NCBI GenBank assembly: GCA_944389185.1
Contig: CALXLL010000003.1
Span: 12,754-76,753, forward strand
Reading direction: 5' to 3'
From: an uncultured Alphaproteobacteria bacterium
GTDB lineage: Bacteria; Pseudomonadota; Alphaproteobacteria; Rs-D84
DNA length: 64,000 bases
The translations under genes were made by a program, and so were the position numbers. Shown piece after piece: positions 48,258-56,920 of the stretch (positions within the stretch are counted from its first letter, which is position 1; every line of letters starts with the position of its first letter). The notes beneath the pieces are model-generated. The model did not search any database, had not been told where the DNA came from, and was given only the letters and a program-made list of their open reading frames with translations.

Positions 48258-48815
48258 ATTAAAACTGTAATAAATCGCGATAATCGCAAGGACACAGGTC
48301 CACGTATAAACAACCGTATTTTTGCAAAAACGGTTCAAGTCATTAATCAGAACGGTCAAAATCTTGGGGTTATGCCAATAGGGCAGGCTTTGCAAATTGC
48401 TGCTGACGAAGGTTTAGATTTGGTGGAAATGAATGCAAATAATAATCCGCCGATTACAAAGATAATGGATTTCGGAAAGTTTAAATACGAGCAAAAAAAG
48501 CGTGCGAATGAAGCCAAAAAAAATCAGAAAAGGACAGAGTTAAAAGAAGTTTGGGTAAAGCCTTTTATAGAAGCCAACGACTTGAATATAAAAATGAAAA
48601 AAGTCTTTGAATTCTTAGAAGACGGCGACAAAGTAAAAATATCCGTTATGACTAAGGGTAATAAAAGGGTCTTGGCACAAGGGCGCGAAGCTGTGCCTGA
48701 ATTGTTTGCCAAGATAATCGAAACAGTCGGCGAAAAGGGTGCTTTGGAAAGCAGGTCTAAACCGGAAGAAAGAACCAAGTCTATTGTTATCAGTCCTGTA
48801 AAGCAGGCGAAATAA
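48258..48815 (+). CDS. infC: translation initiation factor IF-3, ATT start codon
   Basis: The frame stays open upstream of the ORF-track ATG (48372) back to ATT at 48258, 6 nt after AAAAAAGGAG. The added residues IKTVINRDNRKDTGPRINNRIFAKTVQVINQNGQNLGV match the IF3 N-domain. A non-AUG start is the conserved autoregulatory feature of infC. Confidence 0.85.
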   Translation: MKTVINRDNRKDTGPRINNRIFAKTVQVINQNGQNLGVMPIGQALQIAADEGLDLVEMNANNNPPITKIMDFGKFKYEQKKRANEAKKNQKRTELKEVWVKPFIEANDLNIKMKKVFEFLEDGDKVKISVMTKGNKRVLAQGREAVPELFAKIIETVGEKGALESRSKPEERTKSIVISPVKQAK

Positions 48816-48817
48816 AT

Positions 48818-48845
48818 AAAAAACGCTCGGGTGAGCGTTTTTTTA
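48818..48845 (+). terminator. intrinsic terminator after infC
   Basis: AACGCTC-GGGT-GAGCGTT followed by a T run. Confidence 0.7.
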
Positions 48846-48898
48846 TGGTAAAACTTAAAATAATTTTGTATCTTTTCCTTGTGAAAAAGGAAAATAAA

Positions 48899-49102
48899 AT
48901 GGACGATAAAAAGTTGTCTTTTGAAGAAGCTTATAAACAACTGACTGAACTTGTCAAAAAAATGGAAGCAGGGGAATTATCTTTGGAAGAATCTGTTTCT
49001 GCTTACGAACAAGGAATTAAGTTGAAAGCTTATTGCGAACAGTTATTAAAAGAAGCAGAATTAAAAATAGAAACGTTACAGGTTCCATCTGTAAATCAAT
49101 AA
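48899..49102 (+). CDS. xseB: exodeoxyribonuclease VII small subunit
   Basis: Start reset to MDDKKLSFEEAYKQLTELVKKMEAGELSLEESVSAYEQGIKL (ATG 48899), the canonical XseB helix-hairpin pattern. Confidence 0.85.
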   Translation: MDDKKLSFEEAYKQLTELVKKMEAGELSLEESVSAYEQGIKLKAYCEQLLKEAELKIETLQVPSVNQ

Positions 49103-49113
49103 GTGGTAAAGTC

Positions 49114-51630
49114 GTGGTTGAAAAAAGTAAACTTACCCCAGTTATGCAGCAGTATGTGGATATGAAAGCAGAAAATCCTGATGCTTTGCTGATGTTTCGT
49201 TTGGGGGATTTTTATGAAGCTTTTTTTGAAGATGCTAAAACAATCAGTGAAAATCTGGGGTTGGTATTAACGCAGCGCGGAACAGATGTCGACGGTGAAG
49301 ATATACCTATGTGTGGGATACCTTGGCACGCGGCAGATAATTATTTTGGTCGTTTAGTAAAAGCGGGTTTTAAAGTAGCGTTAGTAGAACAAATGGAAAC
49401 GCCTGCCGAAGCCAAAGCAAAAGGGCATAAGTTTATAGAAAGAAAAGTAATTCGGGTTTTAACACCTGGGACTTTAACTGATGAAAATCTTTTAACTCCT
49501 AAAAACTCTAATTTTCTTGTGGCCGTTGTTGCGCTGGGACAGGGGACTTTTGATATAGCTGGTTGTGATATTTCAACAGGCGAATTTTTTATAGGAAAGA
49601 CTTCAGAAGTTCTTGATGATTTGGTTCGTATAAGTCCTGCAGAGGTTATTTATCCAGAACAAACGGCAGAAAATGAAACGATTTTGCATTTGCGTGACGT
49701 TTTCAAAACTACGCCCGTTTACGAGAAGTTATATGAAAGAACTGATATAGGTCAAATTGTTTCAAAGGTTTTCGGTAATGCAACAAGTCTGGACGCTTCT
49801 GTTCGACCTTCTGGCAGTGCTATATGTATATTGGCTGGTTATTTGTTTAATACTCAACGAGGGGCGGCCATTACATTCAGGGCACCATATGTTTATAAAT
49901 CAGGGAAACAGCTTTTAATAGATTCTGCAACTTGGAAAAGCTTGGAAATAGATGGTCCTATTAATGAAGGCGGAAGTTGCTTAATAGACGTTTTGGATAA
50001 TACGAAAACTGCTGCTGGGGCCAGGAAATTGCGTTCTTATTTAAGAAGCTTATCTGGTGATATTTCAGAAATACGAAAAAGGCAGGAACATATAGGTCAT
50101 CTGCTTTTGAATCAAGATGTGGTTGCTATGGTTGCAAGTAGTTTGTCTTCGGTACCGGATGTAGGCAGGTGTTTATCAAGATTATTGTCTGGACGTGGGA
50201 CGCCGCGCGATATGCGAAATATATCAGATTTTTTAATAGAATTACCTAATGCAAAAATGCTGGGTGCAAGATTAGATTCTGATTTATCCGCAAAGTTTTC
50301 TAACATAAATACTCATGATGACCTAGCTTTACAGTTGAAAAGCGCTTTGGCAGAAGAATTACCGACTTTTTTCCGTGACGGGAATGTTATAAGAGAAGGT
50401 TTTGATATATCATTAGATCATATGCGTGGATTGGCACACGGTGCAAAAGAAACGATTGCGGGTATGCAGGCGGAATATGCGACTTTAACAGGGGTTCATA
50501 CTTTAAAAATAAAATATAATAATATATTGGGATATTTTATAGAAGTTCCAAGCGCCAGGGCAGACGTTCTTATGAAACCAGAATCAGGTTTTATACACCG
50601 CCAAACTATGTCTGGAAATATGCGTTTTACTACTGCTAAGTTGATAGACTTGGATAACGATGTTCGCAGTGCAGCTGAAAAGTCCGCAGCTATTGAGACC
50701 GATATAATCAGCGGTTTTATACAGAAAATAAAAGAAATATCAGATGATTTATTAAATACAGCAGAATTGCTTGCCGACTTAGATGTTTGGTATTCTTTGG
50801 CGGTATGTGCGGATAAATATTCATGGGTCAGACCCAGAATAACAGAAGGCACAGATTTTGATATTGTCGGCGGGCGACACCCTGTTATAGAAGCTGTCTT
50901 ACGCAAAAAGGGTGATAACTTTGTTAAAAACGATTGTAATTTGAATATAAAATCAATTGCTTTGTTAACGGGGCCTAATATGGCCGGTAAGTCTACTTAT
51001 TTGCGACAAAACGCTTTACTGGTTGTGCTGGCACATCTTGGTTCGTTTGTGCCTGCTTCAAGCGCTAGTATCGGTATATGCGATCAGTTGTTTAGTCGTG
51101 TTGGGGCATCGGATAACCTTGCGGCCGGGCAGTCTACTTTTATGGTGGAAATGAGCGAAACCGCCAATATTTTACGCCGCGCGACCCAAAAGTCTTTTAT
51201 AATATTCGATGAAATAGGTCGCGGAACAGCAACTTACGATGGTATGGCAATTGCACAGGCTGTTTTAGAATATTTAGATGATTTAAAACCACGGACTTTA
51301 TTTGCTACGCATTATCACGAATTAACAAGGTTAGTAAGTCAAGGTGCTTTGACAGACGTCAGCTGTCTGACTATTGATGTTCGTGAACATAATAATGAAA
51401 TAGTATTTATGCATAAAATAGTTGCAGGTGTTGCGAACAGGTCTTATGGTATTCATGTGGCGAAAATGGCTGGTATGCCGGAAAGCGTCGTTAAAAGAGC
51501 TGAAAGCGTGTTGGCAGATTTGGAAGAAACCAAAACAGACGTTTGTCAGGAAAGGCCGGAAAAACCGAAAGAGACCAGAAATAAAGTTGCGCAACCGAAT
51601 ACTAAGACACAGTTGAATTTATTCGGATAA
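49114..51630 (+). CDS. mutS: DNA mismatch repair protein MutS
   Basis: Probable GTG start at 49114 (..KLTPVMQQYVDMK, the canonical MutS N-terminus), with ATG 49144 as the alternative. The ORF-track start at 49033 lies inside xseB. Walker A GPNMAGKST; DEIGRGT. Confidence 0.9.
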   Translation: MVEKSKLTPVMQQYVDMKAENPDALLMFRLGDFYEAFFEDAKTISENLGLVLTQRGTDVDGEDIPMCGIPWHAADNYFGRLVKAGFKVALVEQMETPAEAKAKGHKFIERKVIRVLTPGTLTDENLLTPKNSNFLVAVVALGQGTFDIAGCDISTGEFFIGKTSEVLDDLVRISPAEVIYPEQTAENETILHLRDVFKTTPVYEKLYERTDIGQIVSKVFGNATSLDASVRPSGSAICILAGYLFNTQRGAAITFRAPYVYKSGKQLLIDSATWKSLEIDGPINEGGSCLIDVLDNTKTAAGARKLRSYLRSLSGDISEIRKRQEHIGHLLLNQDVVAMVASSLSSVPDVGRCLSRLLSGRGTPRDMRNISDFLIELPNAKMLGARLDSDLSAKFSNINTHDDLALQLKSALAEELPTFFRDGNVIREGFDISLDHMRGLAHGAKETIAGMQAEYATLTGVHTLKIKYNNILGYFIEVPSARADVLMKPESGFIHRQTMSGNMRFTTAKLIDLDNDVRSAAEKSAAIETDIISGFIQKIKEISDDLLNTAELLADLDVWYSLAVCADKYSWVRPRITEGTDFDIVGGRHPVIEAVLRKKGDNFVKNDCNLNIKSIALLTGPNMAGKSTYLRQNALLVVLAHLGSFVPASSASIGICDQLFSRVGASDNLAAGQSTFMVEMSETANILRRATQKSFIIFDEIGRGTATYDGMAIAQAVLEYLDDLKPRTLFATHYHELTRLVSQGALTDVSCLTIDVREHNNEIVFMHKIVAGVANRSYGIHVAKMAGMPESVVKRAESVLADLEETKTDVCQERPEKPKETRNKVAQPNTKTQLNLFG

Positions 51631-51640
51631 AGGGGACAAG

Positions 51641-52129
51641 ATGAGAACTCGGGCAGTATATATATATAAAACCAATTTTTACGAGCCTAGATATAAAGAG
51701 TTCTATAGCCGAAAAGATTTAGAACAATTTTTGTCTGAATTAGATTTTATGAAACCTCATTTAAAAACTTGCTATTCTGTTGGTTTACCAGAGTTTCAAT
51801 TAGGTAGTTGCTTGGTAGTTTATAAAGACGGTGAATGCTGTCGTTCCGATATAAAATGGGGGCCAAGGTTTATGATAGGAAATAATATAAGTGTTGATAA
51901 AGACGGGCATATATTTGTTGATATAGCTATGGATAGAATAGAAAACGGTGAAATATTAATCCAAAGAGATTATAAAAAAACAAAATTAAATAAAAATAGA
52001 ATTGATGCGATAATATCGTCTGATAGTCATAGTCAGATTTGGCCGAAATGTGACAGGTGGAAAAAGACGGTTTTTATAAAGTTCTTAACACAAGTTGGTA
52101 AACAAACACTAAGCATGGCGCAATATTAA
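51641..52129 (+). CDS. hypothetical protein (orphan), translationally coupled to truB
   Basis: 162 aa with no recognisable motif. Starts 11 nt after the mutS stop, and its stop overlaps the truB ATG (TAATG). Confidence 0.5.
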   Translation: MRTRAVYIYKTNFYEPRYKEFYSRKDLEQFLSELDFMKPHLKTCYSVGLPEFQLGSCLVVYKDGECCRSDIKWGPRFMIGNNISVDKDGHIFVDIAMDRIENGEILIQRDYKKTKLNKNRIDAIISSDSHSQIWPKCDRWKKTVFIKFLTQVGKQTLSMAQY

Positions 52130-53001
52130 TGGTATCTGGTTGGATAATTTTAGATAAACCGACAATGATGTTCAGTCGCACAGCTGGTGCAAAAGTGGCG
52201 CACATGCTTAAAACGAAGACTTTTGGACATATAGGAACATTGGATGAGCTGGCATCTGGTGTTTTGCCGATTGCTTTTGGTGGAGCAACCAAGATGATAC
52301 CTTTTGTAGAGGACTTGTCTGACGGTAAAAAAGAGTATTTATTTTCTATGCAGTTTGGTTTTGGAACTGATACTTTGGATATTCTTGGTAAAGAAATAGC
52401 TAAAACGAACTTTATACCGACCGAACAGCAAGTAAAAGATTGTCTTAAAGATTTTATCGGTGACATAAAGCAGGTTCCGCCCGCATATAGCGCAGTTCAT
52501 ATAAAAGGTAGACGTGCTTATGATTTAGCAAGGGCAGGGCAAAACATAGATATGCCAGAAAGACAAATAAGTATTTATTCATTAGATTTTTTAGGTGTTC
52601 AAGGCAAGTCTTGGCATTTTAAGGTTATTTGCAGTCGTGGGACTTATGTTCGTGCGCTGGCTCGGGATATAGCTAGAAAGTGCGGAACGCTTGCAACTGT
52701 TGATATGATACGCAGAACCAAAACAAACGGATTTGATATAAAAGATGCTGTAAAACTTGATTTTTTGGAAAAAGTATTTAATAATAGTGCAGATTTCAAG
52801 GAAATCTTGAAACCAATAGACTTATGTCTGGGGGGCATTCCGGTTATAAGTCTAGACGAAAAAAGTGCCGTTTTATATAAGAACGGTGGTTTTATTAAAG
52901 TGGCGGGTAACGCTGGGCTGGTTCGTGTTTATACCGATAAGCAATTTATAGGTATAGGACAGATTTCAGACGGTGTTCTTCGTCCAAAACGAACAATATA
53001 A
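52129..53001 (+). CDS. truB: tRNA pseudouridine55 synthase
   Basis: 290 aa. GWIILDKP...GHIGTLDELASGVLP contains the catalytic Asp motif (GTLD). Confidence 0.9.
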   Translation: MVSGWIILDKPTMMFSRTAGAKVAHMLKTKTFGHIGTLDELASGVLPIAFGGATKMIPFVEDLSDGKKEYLFSMQFGFGTDTLDILGKEIAKTNFIPTEQQVKDCLKDFIGDIKQVPPAYSAVHIKGRRAYDLARAGQNIDMPERQISIYSLDFLGVQGKSWHFKVICSRGTYVRALARDIARKCGTLATVDMIRRTKTNGFDIKDAVKLDFLEKVFNNSADFKEILKPIDLCLGGIPVISLDEKSAVLYKNGGFIKVAGNAGLVRVYTDKQFIGIGQISDGVLRPKRTI

Positions 53002-53014
53002 AAAAGGAAAAACA

Positions 53015-53287
53015 ATGTCCGTAACTAAAGAAAAAAAAGCTGAATTAATCAGCTCGTTCAAAACGACAGAAAAAGATAACGGTGGTTCTGCTGCATCACA
53101 AGTTGCAGTTTTGACGGAACGCATTCGTAACTTAACCGAACATATGAAAGCGAATCCAAAGGACGAGCATTCAAAGCGCGGTTTGTTGTTTATGGTAAAT
53201 CGTCGTAAAAAGTTGCTGGCTTATATAAAGAAGAACAGCACAGAAGAATACGAAGCTTTGATTAAAAAATTAGGTCTTCGTAAATAA
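53015..53287 (+). CDS. rpsO: 30S ribosomal protein S15
   Basis: Start reset to MSVTKEKKAELISSFK (ATG 53015). ...SQVAVLTERIRNLTEHMKANPKDEHSKRGLL.MV.RR is the S15 signature. Confidence 0.92.
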   Translation: MSVTKEKKAELISSFKTTEKDNGGSAASQVAVLTERIRNLTEHMKANPKDEHSKRGLLFMVNRRKKLLAYIKKNSTEEYEALIKKLGLRK

Positions 53288-53315
53288 AAATGGGGCTTTC
53301 GCCCCTTTTTATTTT
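53288..53315. terminator. bidirectional intrinsic terminator (rpsO / Cys-rich gene convergent)
   Basis: AAAAAT-GGGGC-TTTC-GCCCC-TTTTTATTTT. Confidence 0.7.
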
Positions 53316-53584
53316 GAGTAATGACAATCAGAAGTATAAGTAAAAGTTCCTGTTTCATCTGTCATAATTGTCCCTGCCGGAATATAACAAGCGGTATAAT
53401 CCGTATTATTACCATCGTCAGATGTTCCTGGTGACGGGCATTTTTCACATAATGTCATACTTGCTTTGTTTGTAAGGTAATAACCTTTTTTACAGGCTGT
53501 ATAATTTTTTGTGTATACAGTGCAGTCGGCTATCGCCATTTCAGCAAAGGACATACAAAATAAAAATATTATAGTCTTTTTCAT
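53309..53584 (-). CDS. small secreted cysteine-rich protein
   Basis: 91 aa. Signal peptide (MKKTIIFLFCMSFAEMAIA) and 6 Cys in the mature part. AGGAG Shine-Dalgarno 7 nt upstream. Confidence 0.65.
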   Translation of the reverse strand: MKKTIIFLFCMSFAEMAIADCTVYTKNYTACKKGYYLTNKASMTLCEKCPSPGTSDDGNNTDYTACYIPAGTIMTDETGTFTYTSDCHYSK

Positions 53585-53603
53585 TTATAACTCCTGTTGC
53601 GTT

Positions 53604-53966
53604 TTAGTCGAGTTGACATTTCATGCACTCTGATTGAGTGGATACAGATTTTTTTTCAAAACACTGGTATTGTTTTGTGGTTGGATTACACGTCCCATAA
53701 GTAACAGTATAATATCCTGTTGTGTCTGAACCGGTAGAGTCGCTTCTTGCGCAAATACCGCTTACATTTAAATGCCAACCATCAGGACAAGTTCGAGTCG
53801 TTCCGTATTCGCCTGTAGGGCAGCAATAACCAGTATATCCGGCACAGCAATCTTCAGAACTCATACACGTGCTAATTGGAGGTAAAAGCGCCCAAGAGTT
53901 ATGTGAAATAAATATCAGCGATATAAAAATCCCTGATAATATCATATGTTTTTTCATTTGTTTCAC
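53604..53966 (-). CDS. small secreted cysteine-rich protein
   Basis: 120 aa. Signal peptide (…LIFISHNSWA) and 11 Cys in the mature part, including CC doublets. AGGAGTG Shine-Dalgarno upstream. Confidence 0.65.
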   Translation of the reverse strand: MKQMKKHMILSGIFISLIFISHNSWALLPPISTCMSSEDCCAGYTGYCCPTGEYGTTRTCPDGWHLNVSGICARSDSTGSDTTGYYTVTYGTCNPTTKQYQCFEKKSVSTQSECMKCQLD

Positions 53967-54210
53967 TCCTATGTTTTATCGCGTTGATAAAATTGAACCG
54001 CCAAGAAAATCAAGGCGGCAGGAGGTTGGAAACAATATCAAAGAATTGTGTCGTTTATTTTTTATATTCACGACCCCCCTGCCTGTTATGACAGAGGTAG
54101 TTTTTCGTCGTTTTCAGACGCTTTGATAAAGGGTTTCCACACCCCGATGCTAAAACTCTTAGCATCGCCGTAATTATATAAAAGTATTTTTTATATATCT
54201 ATTAAAATAT

Positions 54211-54238
54211 TTGCAAACAGGTAAATATTTCTTATAAT
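54211..54238 (+). promoter_or_regulatory. sigma70-like promoter for pnp
   Basis: TTGCAA (54211-54216), 16-nt spacer, TATAAT (54233-54238). Confidence 0.5.
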
Positions 54239-54247
54239 CATAAAAGT

Positions 54248-54312
54248 GCGAAGGAGAAATTGTTCTTTCTTGTGCTTGGGCAAGAGCATAAAAACGAATA
54301 ATTTTTCTTCGC
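54248..54312 (+). promoter_or_regulatory. long imperfect hairpin in the pnp leader (candidate RNase III / autoregulation site)
   Basis: GCGAAGGAGAAATTGTTC (54248-54265) pairs with GAATAATTTTTCTTCGC (54296-54312), with G-U pairs and one bulge. There is an inner stem CTTG/CAAG. It lies between the promoter and the pnp Shine-Dalgarno. Confidence 0.45.
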
Positions 54313-54352
54313 GTTAATAATTAACTTAACTAAAAAATATGGAGAAAAATAT

Positions 54353-56521
54353 ATGTTATTTGGTTTATTTAATAAAGATGATAAAAAACATCTAAATAAC
54401 CCAGTTGCAATTGAAATCCCTTATGGGGATGAAACTTTGCGTTTGGAAACTGGGCGTATGGCAAAACAAGCAAACGGTTCTGTTCTGGCTACTATGGGTG
54501 GAACTATGGTGCTGGCAACGGTTTGTGCAGAAAAAACTGCCGTGGAAGGTCAAGATTTTTTCCCTTTAACCGTTGATTATCAAGAAAAATTCGCTTCTGC
54601 GGGGCGTATACCTGGTTCGCGCGATAGACGCGAAGGTAAAGCTTCTACGGGTGAAACTTTAATTGCAAGATTGATTGATAGGCCTATTCGTCCTTTGTTT
54701 CCTGAAACATTTAAGAATAAAGTTCAAATAATAGCCCAGGTATTTTCTTATGATAAAAAGAATCAACCTGATATTTTAGCCATGATTGCGTCCAGCGCGG
54801 CTTTGGCTTTGTCTGGCGTTCCTTTCCAAGGGCCGATTGGCGCGGCTCGCGTGGGGTATATGAACGGGCAATACATATTAAACCCTTCTAAAAAGCAAGT
54901 AGAAGAATCTGAAATGGATTTGGTTGTTGCAGCTACGAAGGACGGCGTGTTAATGGTTGAATCTGAAATCGGCGAATTAGACGAAGCTACTACTTTGGGC
55001 GCTGTTAAATTCGGTTTTGACGCTCAGCAGGTTGTTATTGATGCTATTAATGAATTTGCCGAAAAAGCCGGTAAAGAACGTTGGGCCGTTCCTGAAAAGT
55101 CCGATGAATACGTTGCTATGGAAAAAGATTTTGAATCTTTTGCGGGTGACATAGAATCTGCTTTACAGATTAAAGAAAAGCTTGTTCGTTTAGATACTTT
55201 GGCAGAAATTCACGCAAAAGCCAAAGCCCGTATACCAGAGCTTTTCCCAGAAACAACAACAGCAGTATCAACCTTGGAATCTTGGGCAGACGAAATAGTT
55301 GAAGGTATTACCGCTAGGATTATGCGCGGTAATATATTGGCTGGCAAGCCTCGTATTGACGGTCGTGATAATAAAACAGTTCGTCCGATTGAAATAGAAT
55401 TGGGGGTATTACCGCGTGCTCATGGTTCTGCCTTGTTTACTCGTGGTGAAACTCAAGCACTGGTTTCTTTAACTTTGGGTGGTGGTAAAGATGCTTTACC
55501 AATTGAATCTTTGGACGGTGACGAAGAACGTGACTTTATATTAAATTATAATTTCCCTGGTTATTCCGTTGGTGAATGCAAGGGGTTAAAAGCACCTGGT
55601 CGTCGTGAAATAGGTCACGGTAATCTTGCTTGGCGTGCTTTGCATCCAATGGTTCCAAGCCGCAGCGAGTTTGATTACGTTATTCGCGTTGTTTCCGATA
55701 TTTTAGAATCTAATGGTTCTTCTTCTATGGCGACAACGTGCGGTGCTACGCTTGCAATGATGGACGGTGGCGTTCCTTTAAAGCGTCCTGTCGCAGGTAT
55801 TGCTATGGGATTAATCAAAGATGGTAAAGATTACGCTATTTTGACGGATATTTTAGGGGACGAAGATCATCTTGGTGATATGGACTTTAAGGTAACCGGA
55901 ACAAAAGAAGGTATAACAGCTTTACAGATGGATATCAAAATCACATCTATTACTTTCGAAATTATGGAACACGCTTTGCAGCAGGCAAAAGAAGGTCGTA
56001 TGCATATCTTGGGGAAGATAGAAAAAGCCATTAAAGCCCCGCGTAAGCACGTTTCTGAGTTTGCACCGCAAGCATACACAATTAAAATCAATCCAGATAA
56101 AGTTCGTGACGTAATAGGCAAGGGTGGTTCTGTTATCCAAGCTTTGACGCGTGAAACGAATACTCAGATTGATTTAGAAGACGATGGTTCTATAAAAATT
56201 ATGGCTACGACGCAAGAAGAAGCCGAAGAAGCAATGAGAAGAATAAAAGAAATCGTTGCAGAACCAGAAGTTGGTGTAATTTACGAAGGAACGGTTTCTG
56301 GTGTAAAAGACTTTGGTTTATTTGTAAAGATTTTGAACGGATTTGAATCTATGGTTCATATTTCTGAAATTACGGGTGAAAGATTGGCCAAGATTCAAGA
56401 CGCTAAATTGAAGGAAGGCGATAAAGTATTCGTGAAATATCTTGGGGTAGATAAGCGCGGTAAGACACGTTTATCTATGGTAGGTATAGACCAGAAAACA
56501 GGTAAAGAAATCGCAAAATAA
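54353..56521 (+). CDS. pnp: polyribonucleotide nucleotidyltransferase (PNPase)
   Basis: 722 aa. Two RNase PH domains, then KH (KIRDVIGKGGSVIQAL-like) and S1 (GTVSGVKDFGLFVKI) domains. Confidence 0.93.
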   Translation: MLFGLFNKDDKKHLNNPVAIEIPYGDETLRLETGRMAKQANGSVLATMGGTMVLATVCAEKTAVEGQDFFPLTVDYQEKFASAGRIPGSRDRREGKASTGETLIARLIDRPIRPLFPETFKNKVQIIAQVFSYDKKNQPDILAMIASSAALALSGVPFQGPIGAARVGYMNGQYILNPSKKQVEESEMDLVVAATKDGVLMVESEIGELDEATTLGAVKFGFDAQQVVIDAINEFAEKAGKERWAVPEKSDEYVAMEKDFESFAGDIESALQIKEKLVRLDTLAEIHAKAKARIPELFPETTTAVSTLESWADEIVEGITARIMRGNILAGKPRIDGRDNKTVRPIEIELGVLPRAHGSALFTRGETQALVSLTLGGGKDALPIESLDGDEERDFILNYNFPGYSVGECKGLKAPGRREIGHGNLAWRALHPMVPSRSEFDYVIRVVSDILESNGSSSMATTCGATLAMMDGGVPLKRPVAGIAMGLIKDGKDYAILTDILGDEDHLGDMDFKVTGTKEGITALQMDIKITSITFEIMEHALQQAKEGRMHILGKIEKAIKAPRKHVSEFAPQAYTIKINPDKVRDVIGKGGSVIQALTRETNTQIDLEDDGSIKIMATTQEEAEEAMRRIKEIVAEPEVGVIYEGTVSGVKDFGLFVKILNGFESMVHISEITGERLAKIQDAKLKEGDKVFVKYLGVDKRGKTRLSMVGIDQKTGKEIAK

Positions 56522-56526
56522 TATTA

Positions 56527-56550
56527 ACAGGGTCTTAAAAGACCCTGTTT
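56527..56550 (+). terminator. hairpin after pnp (weak T tract)
   Basis: ACAGGGTC-TTAAAA-GACCCTGT followed only by TTAAAAG. Confidence 0.45.
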
Positions 56551-56572
56551 AAAAGATTTAGGGAGAAAGACA

Positions 56573-56869
56573 ATGGATATGGAAGCTTTGATGGCTCAGG
56601 CCCAAGAGTTACAGAATAAAGTGACCGCAGCGCAAGAAAAGCTGGCAGCTACAAGGATTAAAGGTTTGTCTGCAGATGGTTCTTGCATAATGGAAATAAC
56701 TGGGAAATATGATTTTGTTAGCATAAGTATAAAACAGGATATTTTAGCCGGTGGTGCAAAGAAAGTAGAATCTGTGGTAGCAGAAGCGTTTCGTGACGCA
56801 AAAGCGAAAGCGGATAAAATAATAGACGAAGTAATGGGGCAAGCGACGGCCGGTGTTCCGATGCCTTAA
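56573..56869 (+). CDS. ybaB: nucleoid-associated protein YbaB/EbfC
   Basis: 98 aa. ..LMAQAQELQNKVTAAQEKLA...G.SADG.....ITGK......I fits the YbaB pattern. Confidence 0.85.
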   Translation: MDMEALMAQAQELQNKVTAAQEKLAATRIKGLSADGSCIMEITGKYDFVSISIKQDILAGGAKKVESVVAEAFRDAKAKADKIIDEVMGQATAGVPMP

Positions 56870-56877
56870 TAAAAAAC

Positions 56878-56906
56878 TGGACAAGTGCAAAAAAATGTAT
56901 TATTAT
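56878..56906 (+). promoter_or_regulatory. sigma70-like promoter for tRNA-Val(TAC)
   Basis: TGGACA (56878-56883), 17-nt spacer, TATTAT (56901-56906), 14 nt before the tRNA 5' end. Confidence 0.45.
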
Positions 56907-56920
56907 ATGCACGCTGTTTC

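Noticed and set aside
49033-49113. The ORF-track mutS start at 49033.
   Set aside because: That extension lies inside xseB in another frame and has no homology to MutS. The canonical N-terminus (KLTPVMQQY) begins at GTG 49114 or ATG 49144.
53869-54126. 85-aa plus-strand ORF between the Cys-rich genes and pnp.
   Set aside because: It overlaps the 5' end of the 120-aa minus-strand gene and its leader. It has no Shine-Dalgarno and no features, and the real plus-strand unit (pnp promoter and leader) begins downstream.
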